A stretch of 63,517 nt of DNA, the filler included, from Collodictyon triciliatum (Eukaryota), in assembly GCA_043381765.1 (NCBI GenBank). It is 19 parts of 19 records of this genome, joined end to end, with 100 filler letters (N's around TTAATTAATTAA, not from the genome) between each part and the next. Parts side by side here need not be neighbours in the genome. Positions count along the whole stretch, not along the records: positions 1 to 3,344 come from JBHJMP010007459.1; positions 3,445 to 6,779 come from JBHJMP010007460.1; positions 6,880 to 10,213 come from JBHJMP010007461.1; positions 10,314 to 13,647 come from JBHJMP010007462.1; 15 more parts are not named here. One strand, given 5' to 3'. Below the pieces are notes generated by a model. The model ran no database searches, had not been told where the DNA came from, and saw nothing but the letters and a program-made list of their open reading frames with translations. A program made the position numbers and the translations under genes. Positions 1-12,210 of this stretch are shown one piece after another; within the stretch, counting starts at the first letter, position 1; the number at the start of each line of letters is the position of its first letter.

Positions 1-209
1 TTTCTTATTCTTTTCTTATTCTTTTCTTATTCTTTTCTTATTCTTTTCTTATTCTTTTCTTATTCTTTTCTTATTCTTTTCTTATTCTTTTCTTATTCTT
101 TCTTATTCCTTATTCTTTTTATCTTTTATCATCTTTTATCTTTTATCTTTTATCTTTTATCTTTTATTTTGTTTATCTTGTTTAACTGTTTACTTTTCTT
201 TCTCCAAGA

Positions 210-3119
210 GGTCACAGCTTCGCCGATGAACAGCCCTGCCCAAACTGTGCCAGCAGCTTCTGGATTCAACATCGTTTATCCGCCAAAGCTTGTTCTCAAC
301 AGCAAAAGGACTTCACAAGGATACACAACATCATCAGCCCCAAACCCAACAGACTCTGCTGAGCGGATCGCTGGTTTGGCTGTGGTTGGACTTGCAGGTG
401 GAGCGCAGCCCGATCCAAGACTTGTCCAAGAAGAGGAACTTAGAAAGGGATCGACCGTGCGCAAGAGCCATGCAGAAAACAGCGAGCTGCCGAGAAAGCA
501 GGTGGGCAGATCGCAGTCGCACTCGCATATTCCCATGAGTCCGTATGTGGTTGTCCGCACGGTCTCCAAGGATATTCAGGAGGAAGACGCAGTGGGGTCT
601 GCAAGTGAGGAGCAGCCGCGGAGAAAGCTGTCTGCTGGCGCAAAGATTCAGACGGCCAGGTTTGGTTCTGCTCATGAGGATTCTGAGGCTGTAGTGACTT
701 GGGTATGAACCGTGCAATTTATAAATATGTCACATAACTATCCTTTGCTACTTTAGTTTATTGCTCGATTTATTAGAAGTATATGAAAACTATCTGTGGA
801 TGGTGTATCTCTCTCTCTATGTAATTCGCTGTTAATTTGTATTGCTCAGTCATAATGTACTGAATTGATTCTAATGGTTATCTGCCAACTTGCGTTGCTT
901 TTGTACTTATCACTTACCATAGAGCTATATCAACCATGACACTCTCATTAACGAAATCCAGTCATGCATTCATTCATATGTGTGATTTCAGCGTTTTAAG
1001 GAATAGCGAATGTATTCCCTTTAAACTAGTAACATGTATACTCTTATGTGTTTTAGAACACCCAAGCAAAACACAACTCGCATGAACCAGCTCCAAATGC
1101 AGGGCATGGGATGAAGAACATGGATTTTGTGGAGATTGATTCTGATGACGAAGTGCACTGGGGTTCAGAGCCCTCTACCTCAATCCCTGTCGCATCTCTC
1201 GAGCCTATTTCTCTTATTCTCGTTCCAGTAGCGAATTCTCCTGTGTCCGCATATGCATTCAAATATGCATTAGCATTAGCAAAGGTATCCTGGTGTCCTT
1301 CTATATTTGTAATATCATTCGGACATGATTTATTATTCATTAGCCCTGGTGGTATATTTGCCGTCGAATCAAATTTTTGATGTATTTCCCTTCTTTGCTA
1401 TAGAAAACAAAAGCAACACTTCATTTACTGCATGTTTTACCGCGCTTCCCTTCTGTTGATGGTACCGTACCTGATGCCGAGCGCCTATCTCAATCAGAGA
1501 AGCTCGTTCATGGTAGGAGATGTTGGGAAGATTTCCTGGATGCTCGCTCTTTATTGGATAGATGTCAAGCAAAAGTATCTCTCTTTTTCTCTTGTATAAT
1601 TGTATTGAATTTTGATGTAATTTATTTAATTATTTGATATGCGTTGTCTTTTGTTGTAGTCTATTGTCATGAAGGAATTGAAAGACCTAATGAATTAATC
1701 TTCTTTTTTTTTCTTGGTTCAAAGGCCAAAAGCCAAGGCGTGAAAGTAAATTTACAGCTGGCTCAATCTCATACAGTCAGTGGTGCCATCCTTAACTTTT
1801 CTTACCAACTCAAAGCCAGTCTTATCGTACTCGGTACGACAGATAAAAGGGGCTTTGATAAGGTGTTTAAGGTATTGTGTGGCCGTTTTTATTTCTTTGT
1901 GTTTCTCATTTCCGCTATTATCTTTTTAGTACTGATGCTAATCCTTTTTATTTCATCTGAAAATATCGATTTTAAATCCAACTACATGGGCTTCATTTTA
2001 AATAGGGCTCTCTCACTGAATCTGTAATGAGAAAGGGAGACGTGCCTGTGATTGGGGTGCGATTTCAAGTTTTTGGTGATTTTAAGAGTAGAAAAGTCGA
2101 TTTAGTGAGGAAAATACTAGTTGGCTTTGATGCTTCACCATCAAGTGTACAAGCTTTGCGTGAGGCTATCGTGTAAGTCTTCAATTACTTTTATTTTTGT
2201 TGTGTATAAACCTTTTCCTTTTTCTTTTTTATTTCTTTTTTTTTTTTTTGTTACACCACATTAATGTTCTACACAATCAATCCAGTATTGCAAGAAGTAC
2301 GAATGCAATAATAAATCTGGTTTATATCCAAGTTGGTACACACGATGATCATATGTGTGAGCATGTAAGGGACTAATTAAATTAGGAAGAGAGAACCATG
2401 TTTTCGTATTTTTTTACATAAAGATACTTTCTTCTTTTTCTTCTTTTTTCTTCTTTTTCTTCTCTTTCTTCTCTTTCTTCTCTTTCTTCTCTTTCTTCTC
2501 TTTCTTCTCTTTCTTCTCTTTCTTTTCTTTCTTTTCTTTCTTTTCTTTCTTTTCTTTTTTTTATATAGGCTAATTTTATGAAATGGAATATTTGCTAATG
2601 CGAGGGGAGAAAAGAAGCAAGTATGGGTAGCAATTTCGCACAATCAAGAACTCTTTTATCTAGGTCCTGGAAATAGGACATTGTATCCTACGCAAATCCA
2701 GTGTTACCTTTGCAGTTAGCACATTCATCAAAGATGAAAAAAGCCACATATCGGACTATTTTATCCATGAGTCTGGGGATTACGATTTGATTGTGCTTGG
2801 AACACGTGCTCGGCATGTGCGGCACTTGGGATTCCACAGGTTTTTATTTTCCTTATTTACTTTCTTTTCTATTTTTCCTAACGTACACAAGACGAAAGGT
2901 TTTTTTTCCAATTGTTATATCAACTTATTTCTCTGAGCTCTTTTTTCTGGCTGTACAGCATAATTTCGACATGGCAACATGTTCGCTTAAGAAAAAAAAA
3001 TTAACCAAATGATAAAAATCAATAGTGAAGTGTACTCTACATTGCACTCTGCAAAGTGTCCAGTTCTGAGTGCACGAATCCCAGATGTGAGCGAAAAGTG
3101 GAAAAAGTTTCTCTACTGA
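210..3119 (+). CDS. Tandem two-domain universal stress protein (USP) with low-complexity N-terminal extension, 5'-partial, at least 8 exons
   Basis: GT-AG exons ~210-702, 1057-1283, 1403-1574, 1725-1871, 2007-2172, 2286-2365, 2663-2839, 3026-3119 splice into one frame. USP1: ILVPVANSPVSAYAFKYALALAK-KTKATLHLLHV...ASLIVLGT...GSLTESVMRKGDVPVIGV. USP2: KILVGFDASPSSVQALREA...YDLIVLGTR...SAKCPVLSA. Stop TGA 3117-3119. Confidence 0.85.
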
Positions 3120-3344
3120 ATAATGAGTCACGGCTTGAGCGATTTGTTCAAACAATTTATCATTAACTCACTAATTTCTCGCAAATTCGGCTCATTAAAT
3201 TCCTTTCCCCTCTCACAAATTTTCATTTCTTTTTTTACTTCTTTTTTTACTTCTTTTTTTACTTCTTTTTTTACTTCTTTTTTTACTTCTTTTTTTACTT
3301 CTTTTTTTACTTCTTTTTTTACTTCTTTTTTTACTTCTTTTTAC

Positions 3345-3444
3345 NNNNNNNNNNNNNNNNNNNNNNNNNNNNNNNNNNNNNNNNNNNNTTAATTAATTAA
3401 NNNNNNNNNNNNNNNNNNNNNNNNNNNNNNNNNNNNNNNNNNNN
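3345..3444. other. Artificial contig linker N44-TTAATTAATTAA-N44 (first of 18)
   Basis: Identical 100-nt linker with stops in all six frames also starts at 6780, 10214, 13648, 17080, 20512, 23941, 27371, 30798, 34223, 37647, 41070, 44492, 47912, 51333, 54754, 58174 and 61594. Intervening contigs shrink from 3335 to 3320 nt. Confidence 0.99.
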
Positions 3445-3703
3445 AGAACAAAAGAACAAAAGAAGAACAAAAAAAGAACAAAAAAAAAGAACAAAAAAAA
3501 CAGAACAAAAAACAGAACAAAAACAGAACAAAAACAGAACAAAAACAGAACAAAAAAAGAACAAAAAAAGAACAAAAAAAGAACAAAAAAAGAACAAAAA
3601 AAGAACAAAAAAAAGAACAAAAAAAAGAACAAAAAAAAGAACAAAAAAAGGACAAAAAAAAGAACAAAAAAAAGAACAAAAAACCAGCCACCCCACCACA
3701 ACA

Positions 3704-4078
3704 GTCCACAGCCGCCCCAACAGATGCATCTGCACGGTCGGATGCAGCAGGCCGGTCCCTGTCCCTGTCCCAGGCAGAGGTAATACCCGCCCCTCCGATG
3801 CAAATGCCCGACCGTGCGCTGACCCGCCCTCTGCGCAGTGCATCTCCATGACCAACGACTCCGGCCACGAAGCGGCAGCAGAGCCCAGCGACCCGCCGTC
3901 GACCGCGCCCCGCAAGTCGTCCCGGAACTCGGCCATTCGCACGGCATCGCTGGAGGGCGGCCAGGTCAAAGGTGTGCGCAAGAAGTCGGTCGTCTTCCAG
4001 GCAGCACCTGTGGCGCAGAGGCAGAAGCTGGGCGCACTTGGCGAGGACACCTTTGCCGAGGGCGACGAGGAGGAGTGA
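3704..4078 (+). CDS. Last two exons of an unknown gene
   Basis: GC-rich coding-like segment with a GT-AG intron ~3780-3838, ending ...TFAEGDEEE-TGA. No family recognised. Confidence 0.45.
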   Translation, partial: VHSRPNRCICTVGCSRPVPVPVPGRGNTRPSDANARPCADPPSAQCISMTNDSGHEAAAEPSDPPSTAPRKSSRNSAIRTASLEGGQVKGVRKKSVVFQAAPVAQRQKLGALGEDTFAEGDEEE

Positions 4079-4393
4079 GCCTGCGTGCGCGCCGCGTCTG
4101 TTGTACTAGAGTATTGTTGCCGCTGCCCGCCACGCAGGACGCCACGCGGCGCAGATAAAGCAGCACCCAACCACACCCAGCCGGAAGAACGCGGCTTGTC
4201 TTGGACTCGCAGATATATCGACATCCACATAGAAATAGACATAGAAATAGACATAGAAATAGACATAGAAATAGACATAGAAATAGACATAGAAATAGAC
4301 ATAGAAATAGACATAAAAATCCACATAGAAAAAAAAACATACACATCCATACACATCCATCCACACATACACTTGACGCGTGGGCTCACAGCG

Positions 4394-6632
4394 ATGGCCC
4401 GGCTCCTCCTGACGGCGCTGCTTCTCGTGACTGCGGTGCACACGGCGCTGCTTCTCGGGCCGCAGCGATTAGGATCGGGATCAGAGACAGAGACAGACTC
4501 AGACGCAGACGCAGAGGCAGACGCAGCAGACGGGTATTCGCAGGCACTGTGCCGCTGGCCGCTGCTGCACGCAGACTTTGTCGGGGCGCAGATTGACGCG
4601 AGCTTTGCGGCACTGAACGGGACGCACTGGGCTGCACCAGGCGTGGCCTTCCAGGCAGACGCGGCGTGTGCAGGCAGCGACGGGATAGTCCTTGCAGCGG
4701 GCAATCACAAGGACAATCACAGATATGATGATAAGGACGATGACAAGGACGATGACAGGGACAATCACAGATATATCGACAAGGACGATGACAAGCGGCT
4801 GAGCCTGCGGGGCGGGGCGGGGATCCGCTCTGCGCGCTCACTCGGGCACGGGTCCTACACGGTGCAGATGCAGCTGCTGCCAGACGAGCACGGGTCCACG
4901 TGGCTCGTGTGGGCGTCGCACAGCGGCCCGTTCTTCGCCCTGGGCTTCGCCTCCCGCGAGTCGCAGACGGACATCCGCGCCACACTCGCGCCTGCAAACG
5001 CCTCAGCCCCGCCCGGCCGCAACCTGCTCTTCCCGAAGGCGCTCCACCGCGCCGCTCACACTCTCCACATCGCCATCGCCCCCGACGCCTTCGCCCTGAC
5101 CATCGACAACATTCCCATCGCGAGAGACGCACTGTGTGTTTCGTGCTTTGCAAGGCTATCTCCGTTTCATTCTTGCTGGCTTCTGTCCTCTCTCCCTCCC
5201 GTCCCTCCTTCCGCCTCTGCTCTTGAATTCTTCCTCTTGTCCATTTGTTTCGTGCATTCCTTTGAAATTACATCTATGTGTATCTGTATCTTTTCGTGCC
5301 TGCTGCCCCCACACAAATGCACTCTCACACAAACTCTTGTGCCCGTTTTACCAGGCCCAACCATCCGCAGGACACCGAATATACTCTCCTGATATATGTG
5401 GACGCAGCCACTCTAGACAACACGCTTCAACGAGGAAATGCCATCACAAGGCCGGATAAGGTTACGTCGCTGCCAATCGCCCGGTTGTTCCATGCATCAT
5501 ATACGCCATTCTCTACAGACCCTCTATGCCTTGTTTGTCAAGGAGACTGTGTTTATTACTGGCGGAGCGCTCTCAAATGTGATGACAATCGGTTCGTTTC
5601 CTTTATATTGGTATCATTGCAAAAGTGCGTAACACTGTTTTTCCCTCAAATATTCACCTCCCTCTTAAATCCCTTCTCCATGAACTAACCTTCCTTACTA
5701 TGAAAGCTCGTTCACAAAGATACAGGGCGAGCCACTCCACTCACAGTATCAAAATGTATGGGCAGGTATTCTCCACCAACATGGATGATTCAATCTAGAA
5801 ATTCCTCCAAACCTTATCACGTGGTATCCATCTCGTCATTGTGTGAAGATGGACTTTGAAAGTCAATCACAATTTGGAATATGTATGATTGTATCGTTCT
5901 AAAAAGAGTTCTCTTCTAATATTCAGACGACTCAATCAGCTTTTCATCCACAATGGGTATGGAGATTCAAGTGCGGCAGACAAAGTGTGATTCTACAAAG
6001 AATTGCAAGAAATTTCCATATACATCAGGTAATCTATTCACATTCCAGCATCTTATAAATGAATCGAAATAAATATCTACATACCCTCTTATTGTCTTCT
6101 CCTTTTTTTCTAATTCCATTGTCATTATTTTCCACTTCTATCATACTAAGGCATCAAACAAATTTTCTTTTTTTCTATCTTGATTCTTTAAATAACCTTG
6201 AGGTGGCTTTCAAAATAGTTTATAAATCTGCAATACATTCATTCGCTAAAATGCCACTATGTGATAATGATATGTGGGATCAGTATTTATCATTTTCAAT
6301 TAGGCATGTACGTAAGCAAACGATTGGTAGATTCTGGGCGATTAGATATATCTGCAAAAAGTGCCCTGGGAAAGTAAATCCATGTTCAGATATCCTCTGC
6401 CCGCACCATACAAACCATGAGCCGTATAAAAATTACCTCGGTTGCGAATATTCGTGTTCTGTTCACTTTTGTATTTACCCTTTTATACCGAAAGAAATAT
6501 AGTTACATCGTTCGGATTCACATCGGGCGAGTCTAAGTTGTTGCCACATTATGAAGTTGCAATCCATCTGCCATCAAACGACGGGAAGTGCATATACTTA
6601 CAAACTAGATTAACTTCGATACAAGATGGACT
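4394..6632 (+). CDS. Secreted GH16/concanavalin-like protein, probably two degenerate GH16-like domains, 3'-partial
   Basis: Signal peptide MARLLLTALLLVTAVHTA. Domain 1 has GAGIRSARSLGHGSYTVQMQL. Later exons (~5927-6028, 6304-6373, 6494-6632) give FPYTSG-MYVSKRLVDSGRLDISAKSALG-NIVTSFGF...HYEVAIH, matching the GH16 pattern YTSG...YGRFEARAK...VTAF...EIDIE. Confidence 0.6.
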
Positions 6633-6671
6633 GGTAGGTTTTACTGCCTTTTGCCTTTTCAAAAAACAAAA

Positions 6672-6779
6672 ACAACCTAAAAACCTAAAAACCTAAAAAC
6701 CTAAAAACCTAAAAACCTAAAAACCTAAAAACCTAAAAACCTAAAAACCTAAAAACCTAAAAACCTAAAAACCTAAAAA
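6672..6779 (+). repeat. (CCTAAAAA)n intronic microsatellite at contig end
   Basis: About 13 copies of an 8-mer downstream of the GT donor at 6633. Confidence 0.95.
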
Positions 6780-6879
6780 NNNNNNNNNNNNNNNNNNNNN
6801 NNNNNNNNNNNNNNNNNNNNNNNTTAATTAATTAANNNNNNNNNNNNNNNNNNNNNNNNNNNNNNNNNNNNNNNNNNNN

Positions 6880-9030
6880 GGCAGATGATATCTGCATGAG
6901 AGAAAAGAGCAGTGTTTAGGGCCTCTTTTCTTTTTTGGGGGTCGTTAATCCCCCTAACGTTCCACGACAGAACGTTAAAACGCATTAATAATCTATTGGC
7001 TTTTGGAGGCCGTAGCCTCCGGTGGTTGGCCCTCTCCGCTGGAGCTGGGTTGCTCAGAGTGGGATGGTTTACTCGAGTTGTTCTTCATTTGGCCGGTGTT
7101 ATGATTGCTCGCGGTTCGGCCAGGATTTGTCGGATGGTCTTGGGATTTTGGCTGCACCCCCTTTGTAGCTGGTGTGTTGGGATATGCACTCTGTCGGTCA
7201 CTAGCAACCCTCGGTTCCAATTTTTCTCCCTCATCCACGCGGTAGGCAGGGCCACCCATGTTTCCGCTTTCATTCTGGTTTGCTCTCTGGCTCGCTATAT
7301 TCGGTGGTGTACTTGACTGATTCATTCTCTTTTCATCGGGCGGGGCTTTATCTTCGACGGTTTCGATAATTTTTGGTGCGCCAGTGTTTGCAGCATGAGT
7401 AGCCGGTGTTTTATATTCGTCTACGTTTCTTTTTCTTGCATTGGAAGCCGTTTCTCGCTGGGGAGTCGCAAGAGTTTCGACAGTTGGTCTGCTCCCATAA
7501 ACAGTACTTGAGGAGCAATTTGTCGATACCGAAGCTTCGAGGTGCTCGCTTTCTTCTTCAGCAGAACCTTCTACGACGAAGACAGGTTGGATGGACTGTT
7601 GTTCTTCCAATCCCGAGTCTGAAAGTCGCCTCTTATGGATTGCGCAGTACTTGCTGAAGAAAGAGTCTCTTGAGTGGTCCCAGGAGCCATGCCATCTAAG
7701 GTGGCAGGTGGGTGTGGTTTGCTGGGTGCCATTATGCTGATTCCCGATTCTGTTACCGAGTTGGCTTGGGCTTCCCTTTCCTCGGCATCCTCTCCATGAT
7801 TTGAAGGTGAGTTTGGCGAGATATCACCGGCTTGAGGAGGTTGGAAATCTTGGAGGCATGCGATGTTTCCTCCACTTTGAAGCCATTCCACGATTGATAC
7901 TGCTTCCTCTGTGTTCACTGGTGAACTTGAAGTAGCACTTTCGGGAAAATCGCCTGGTGTTTCGTCCATCATTTCGATATCCATTTCTTGATTTCGGGGC
8001 CGCTCTGAACCTTTTCCTTGATTGAGACTTCGAGCACTTCATCCATGGGTGTCTTGTCGCAATTTCTCCCTCTGGCATTAGAAGACGACGCGTGTTGCCT
8101 TTGGCCTTGTTTGTAGGCTCTGGGCTTGTTTTGCACAGACGATTCCTGCACGGTTGGCCAGTCTTTAGCGCTGAAGTCGGCTACTTTTGTGTGGAAGCCT
8201 GAGAAGCGAGTGGCGATGTTTTGTTTGTTGGTGGCCGCCTGATTGGTGGGCATCGGCTTGGCAGTAGCTGTTTTTTTTTGTGGTTTGTGGTTTGACCTTG
8301 TGTGCCATTCACTTCTTTGTTGGGAGAGTTGAAGGGATGTCAGACTCTTCGAGTGCGCGTATCTCCACGCGACAGCGTCTGCCATGAATGACAACGAAGG
8401 TAGGTATTTTCCCCTTTCTTCCTGTTCTTTGTCAAAAGTAACGAGTGCATCATTCATGCATATTCCTCCAGGCTTTGTCCAGTTGACTTTGATTGGGGTG
8501 AAGTATTCACTGCAGGCTTCGAAAATGTCAGTCCAGCTGACACCCAGCGGTATGTTAGACAGTTGCGCAACCTTTGTGACAGTTTTTGCTGGCATGGGAG
8601 TGTATTGGTGATTGAGGAGCTTAAACGACCCCTCTTTAATGAAGGCAGCTGCGTTTTCTTTTCTTGGGAAGGCGATTCTGAGTCCGAGGGCAGGGCTGTC
8701 CACCATAAGAGTCACGTCCTTCTCGTAGCACTTTCGGGCTTCCATAACCTCCCGCAGTTGCTTGCACATATTACTACGGTTTGCGAAAGAGAGAACCGGC
8801 TATTGCTTGCCCCGAAGGCGGACAAAGCAGTCTTCGTCTTTGAAGAGTTCGTTCTCAATCACACTTTTTGATCGCGGTACGTCAGCCACGAATGATTGAT
8901 CGGGAGGTTCCGTTTCCCGATGCAAGCTCGACCCTGCACGAGGCTGACTGGCGCAAATAAACTTCTGGTCTCACTGAAGTCCATCGATGGTTGAATTAAA
9001 CCAGCCGAGATCGAATAGCGAGCCCAAAGG
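6880..9030 (-). mobile_element. 5' part of an L1/Tx1-like non-LTR retrotransposon (copy A): decayed ORF1 plus start of ORF2 (APE endonuclease)
   Basis: ORF1 runs from ATG 8984 to TAG 6993, with frameshifts near 8860, 7975 and 7600 and an in-frame TAG near 8800; RRM-like part QLSNIPLGVS...DALVTF. After a 7-nt spacer, ATG 6985 reads MRFNVLSWNVRGINDPQKRKEALNTALFSHADIIC, the canonical APE N-terminus. Confidence 0.9.
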
Positions 9031-10213
9031 TTATTAATCAAACATTTAATTTCTTCAGATAAATTAGATGGGAAACTAGGCCTCAAGTCTTGTTGTACTA
9101 CTCTGACAGGAACAGAGTCAATGTGTTCTGCATCAAAATACGGGGTTTTTCTCGACATAATTTCCAGACAATTATTCCAAAGCTATACGCATCCGACTTT
9201 GTTGTATACTCTCCGCCTTGTATGACTTCTGGTGCCAACCAAAGTAAACTTCCAGCTTGTTCTGTTGCATTTGAACCTTGTATTGTAGTCAAGCCAAAAT
9301 CGCTAGAACGAAAGAACGAAATATTACTATGCAAAACCTCCTTCCCTTAAATAGAATAAACACAATAATGAAATATTACTTCAAAGCTAGAATAAAAAAG
9401 ATAAAGAAAGGAGCTTTCCAACCTGACTTTTAATTTGTTTCTGTCATCAACCTAAAGCAAATTGACTCGTTTTATAAGTTTATACATATATATTTCGCAA
9501 TTATTCAGATAATTGCGCAGACAAACTAATGAATAATTGAAGCATACTTTTCCTGTGCGCCACTTACTCACCAAAATGTTCAAGCTTTTCAAGTCTCTGT
9601 GTACAATAGGGGGATTGGACATGTGCAAATATTTCATACCTTAAAAGACGGATTTAGTTTGATTGATGGCGGAGTTTTAATATAAATGCAAATCACTAGA
9701 ATTCATTACCCTTCGAAATATCAAACACAAATTGAAGTCTTTGACTGTAAGGAATATTTTTATCGCTATGAAAGACATCATAAAGGCTTCCTTGCTCCAT
9801 TAGCTCGCAAACAAGGCAAAGATGATTTAGTTCAAAACAGGCACCCATATTTAGCACGATGTTTGGATGTCTCATCTCCCTACATGCGATGTTGAATATT
9901 AATGCAAGCAAATCAAGATTAGTATACATATTGCATAGATGTAGGTAAATTTAATGCCTACGCCATCATCGATATCTCTTTCTTGAAAGCTTCTATCTGG
10001 GCAGCGCTCAATTTGCTTTGCACCAATTTTTTAACAGCAACATCGGTGCCTCTCCATTCTCCTCGATATACCTGGCAATCAAAGTGTTACCAAGTTCAAA
10101 TTAATATGCAGCTCCAAAATGAAATAAAATATAATCATGTTCTCTTTCTAATACTTTGAATTCGTTGTAGATAGTTTTGATACCTCTCCAAAGCTTCCGC
10201 TCCCTAGCAAGCG
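9031..10213 (-). pseudogene. TKL/Raf-like protein kinase domain, frameshifted and interrupted by LINE copy A
   Basis: Exons give [52 protein letters not shown] 1-nt deletion near 9163 separates FGIIVW from IMSRKTPY. Subdomain XI (CW...RP) is replaced by element sequence at ~9030. Confidence 0.85.
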
Positions 10214-10560
10214 NNNNNNNNNNNNNNNNNNNNNNNNNNNNNNNNNNNNNNNNNNNNTTAATTAATTAANNNNNNNNNNNNNNNNNNNNNNNNNNNNNNN
10301 NNNNNNNNNNNNNAAAAACCAAAAAAAACCAAAAAAAACCAAAAAAAACCAAAAAAAACCAAAAAAAACCAAAAAAAACCAAAAAAAAACCAAAAAAAAA
10401 CCAAAAAAAAACCAAAAAAAACCAAAAAAAAACCAAAAAAACCAAAAACCAAAAACCAAAAACCAACAAAAAATAAAAAAGAGAATGCAGATGCTCTTAA
10501 GAACACTCTTTCAGTTTCTTTTGTGGCGTTGGTGTGTCATTTTTTCTTTTTAAAGCCAAG

Positions 10561-12210
10561 GACGGGATCAGCGCATGTTATTCTGGGATGCAAACTCACT
10601 ACATACTCCAACGCTGGAATATACTATCGATTCAATAAATTTTTGCAAAGTATCCTTCATGAAAGTAAGATTGAATAGCGAAACAAAACGAGAAGGGCAT
10701 AACGCAATATTATCATGTGATTATGATACGCAAGGATGACATAAACATATTTCTGTGTTCATTCGTTACATAAATTTTGTTATTAAAATCCACCGGAAAG
10801 ACAGGTGTAGGTCGTTCAAACATGGTTCATTTCTGCGCTCCAGCAGAAGACAGTTCCTCGGTACGAATGCAAATGTTCATGCCCAAGCCTTAATCATTGA
10901 CAATTTGCAAATAAGATACTTCGTCGATTAAAAGTCATATCATCGCCCCTATGCTTTCCTTTGCTCTCCCTTTTATTTCATGCTAAATATATTAGATTAG
11001 TGTGTTCCAAACAACCGAGAAAAAACCTGTCCATACCCTCCGACATACGCTTGAGGTATCAAAAACCACAGGTCTTGCTTATATTGGCCATGTTAATCGC
11101 AGTAAAATACCATATTTGCGCATCAACGATTTAAAATACTTATTATAATGTCCAAAAGTATTTCCAACTATTGTGTTTGAAATGGCGTATGCAGAAATCC
11201 GAGGCGAATGCTCTAAAATTAGTGCACTCATACATACTTCTTAATGTCTAGGTATGTGTATGTCCCTAAAGATGTTTGCTGACGAGTCCACTGGGAATGA
11301 ATACATACTCTCAGCGTTTGAGAATGGACAACTTTATCTATGGTGCCTGACGTCTGCAAAACTCATGTCCACTTCAGAGAAACTGCACTCTGAACCAGGT
11401 CTCTATGGTCAACATCAAAACAAAGATGAATATCCCTTTTCTACAAACCTTGCTTGTTTGATATATTTCCCTTCCGCACGTAGTTTTAGATATTTTTGCA
11501 AAAAGTTATTTACTTTTTTGGTTTGTCTTCTTTCTTTCAGTGTTCTCTATTGACTACCATCACGAAACAAAGCGAGGAGTTTCTGTGTCTGCAACTCAAA
11601 ATGTTGTTACATTTAGAGCCGATTTGGGAAGCGAAGTAAGTGAGCTGTCCAGTAGATAGATACTCTCCCCTTCTCTCGGTGCACTTTAATTGTGTTTGAA
11701 TAGCTCTTTGTTCACAGAAGAGCTCCTCTCACCAACCGATAGCATGATGTTGACTGCCCATCATTCGCGTATCTGGTTTTAGGCATGCATCCACGGCGAG
11801 TCGGAAACCGATATACCTTCACCGGGACTCAACCAGGCATGCATGAGAGACGACGGGAAAATATTCGCGACGGCTGGATGGGACAAAAAGTTTGTCATGT
11901 AGCCCCACACTCCTTTTCCTTCTCTTTGCTGTCATTTTTTCTTGCTTTTTTTCTCCTTTGGTTCTTCTCTGGACCAACCCCAGGCGCCCAACCGACCGCA
12001 CAGCAAGTAATCACGGACACTCATCCCCACTGCAGAGTGCGAGTCTTCCAGACACGCAGGACAAAGCCACTGGCCATTCTGTCGCATCACTCGGAGGGCG
12101 TGCAATGCGTCGACTTTTCTCCCCACACTCGCCTGCTCGCATCGGGCGGGAAAGACAGGCGCATTGCCATCTGGGACGTTTTCCGCAACTCCGCAGCAGA
12201 CCGCGCGTGA
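10561..12210 (+). CDS. GNB1L: WD40 protein GNB1L/Asa1, 5'-partial
   Basis: Spliced exons give GMCMSLK...ILSAFENGQLYLW...LHSEPVFSID...PGLNQACMRDDGKIFATAGWDK-RVRVF...KPLAILSHHSEGVQCVDFS...LLASGGKDRRIAIWDVF; stop TGA 12208-12210. Confidence 0.85.

Noticed and set aside
3389-4704. Long ORFs rich in F/L/K/I or X in the ORF track (also 17128-17676, 35375-36194, 44010-44547)
   Set aside because: They are translations of microsatellites, N runs or the antisense strand of GC-rich exons.
4700-4796. FLAG-tag-like peptide (YDDKDDDKDDD...YIDKDDDK)
   Set aside because: Not DYKDDDDK; explained by local duplication of GACAATCACAGATAT and GACGATGACAAG units, with no vector sequence nearby.
6672-6779. (TTTTTAGG)n telomere-like array
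   Set aside because: It follows a splice donor inside a gene, has the C-rich strand running toward the 3' contig end (wrong polarity for a chromosome end), and is one of many unrelated arrays.
8795-8805. In-frame TAG in two LINE ORF1 copies (here and ~28178), suggesting TAG-to-Gln reassignment
   Set aside because: Both copies also carry frameshifts or deletions. TAG ends PHYH at its conserved C-terminus and probably SERF, TAA ends actin, TGA ends GNB1L, and the tRNA-Gln has a normal UUG anticodon.
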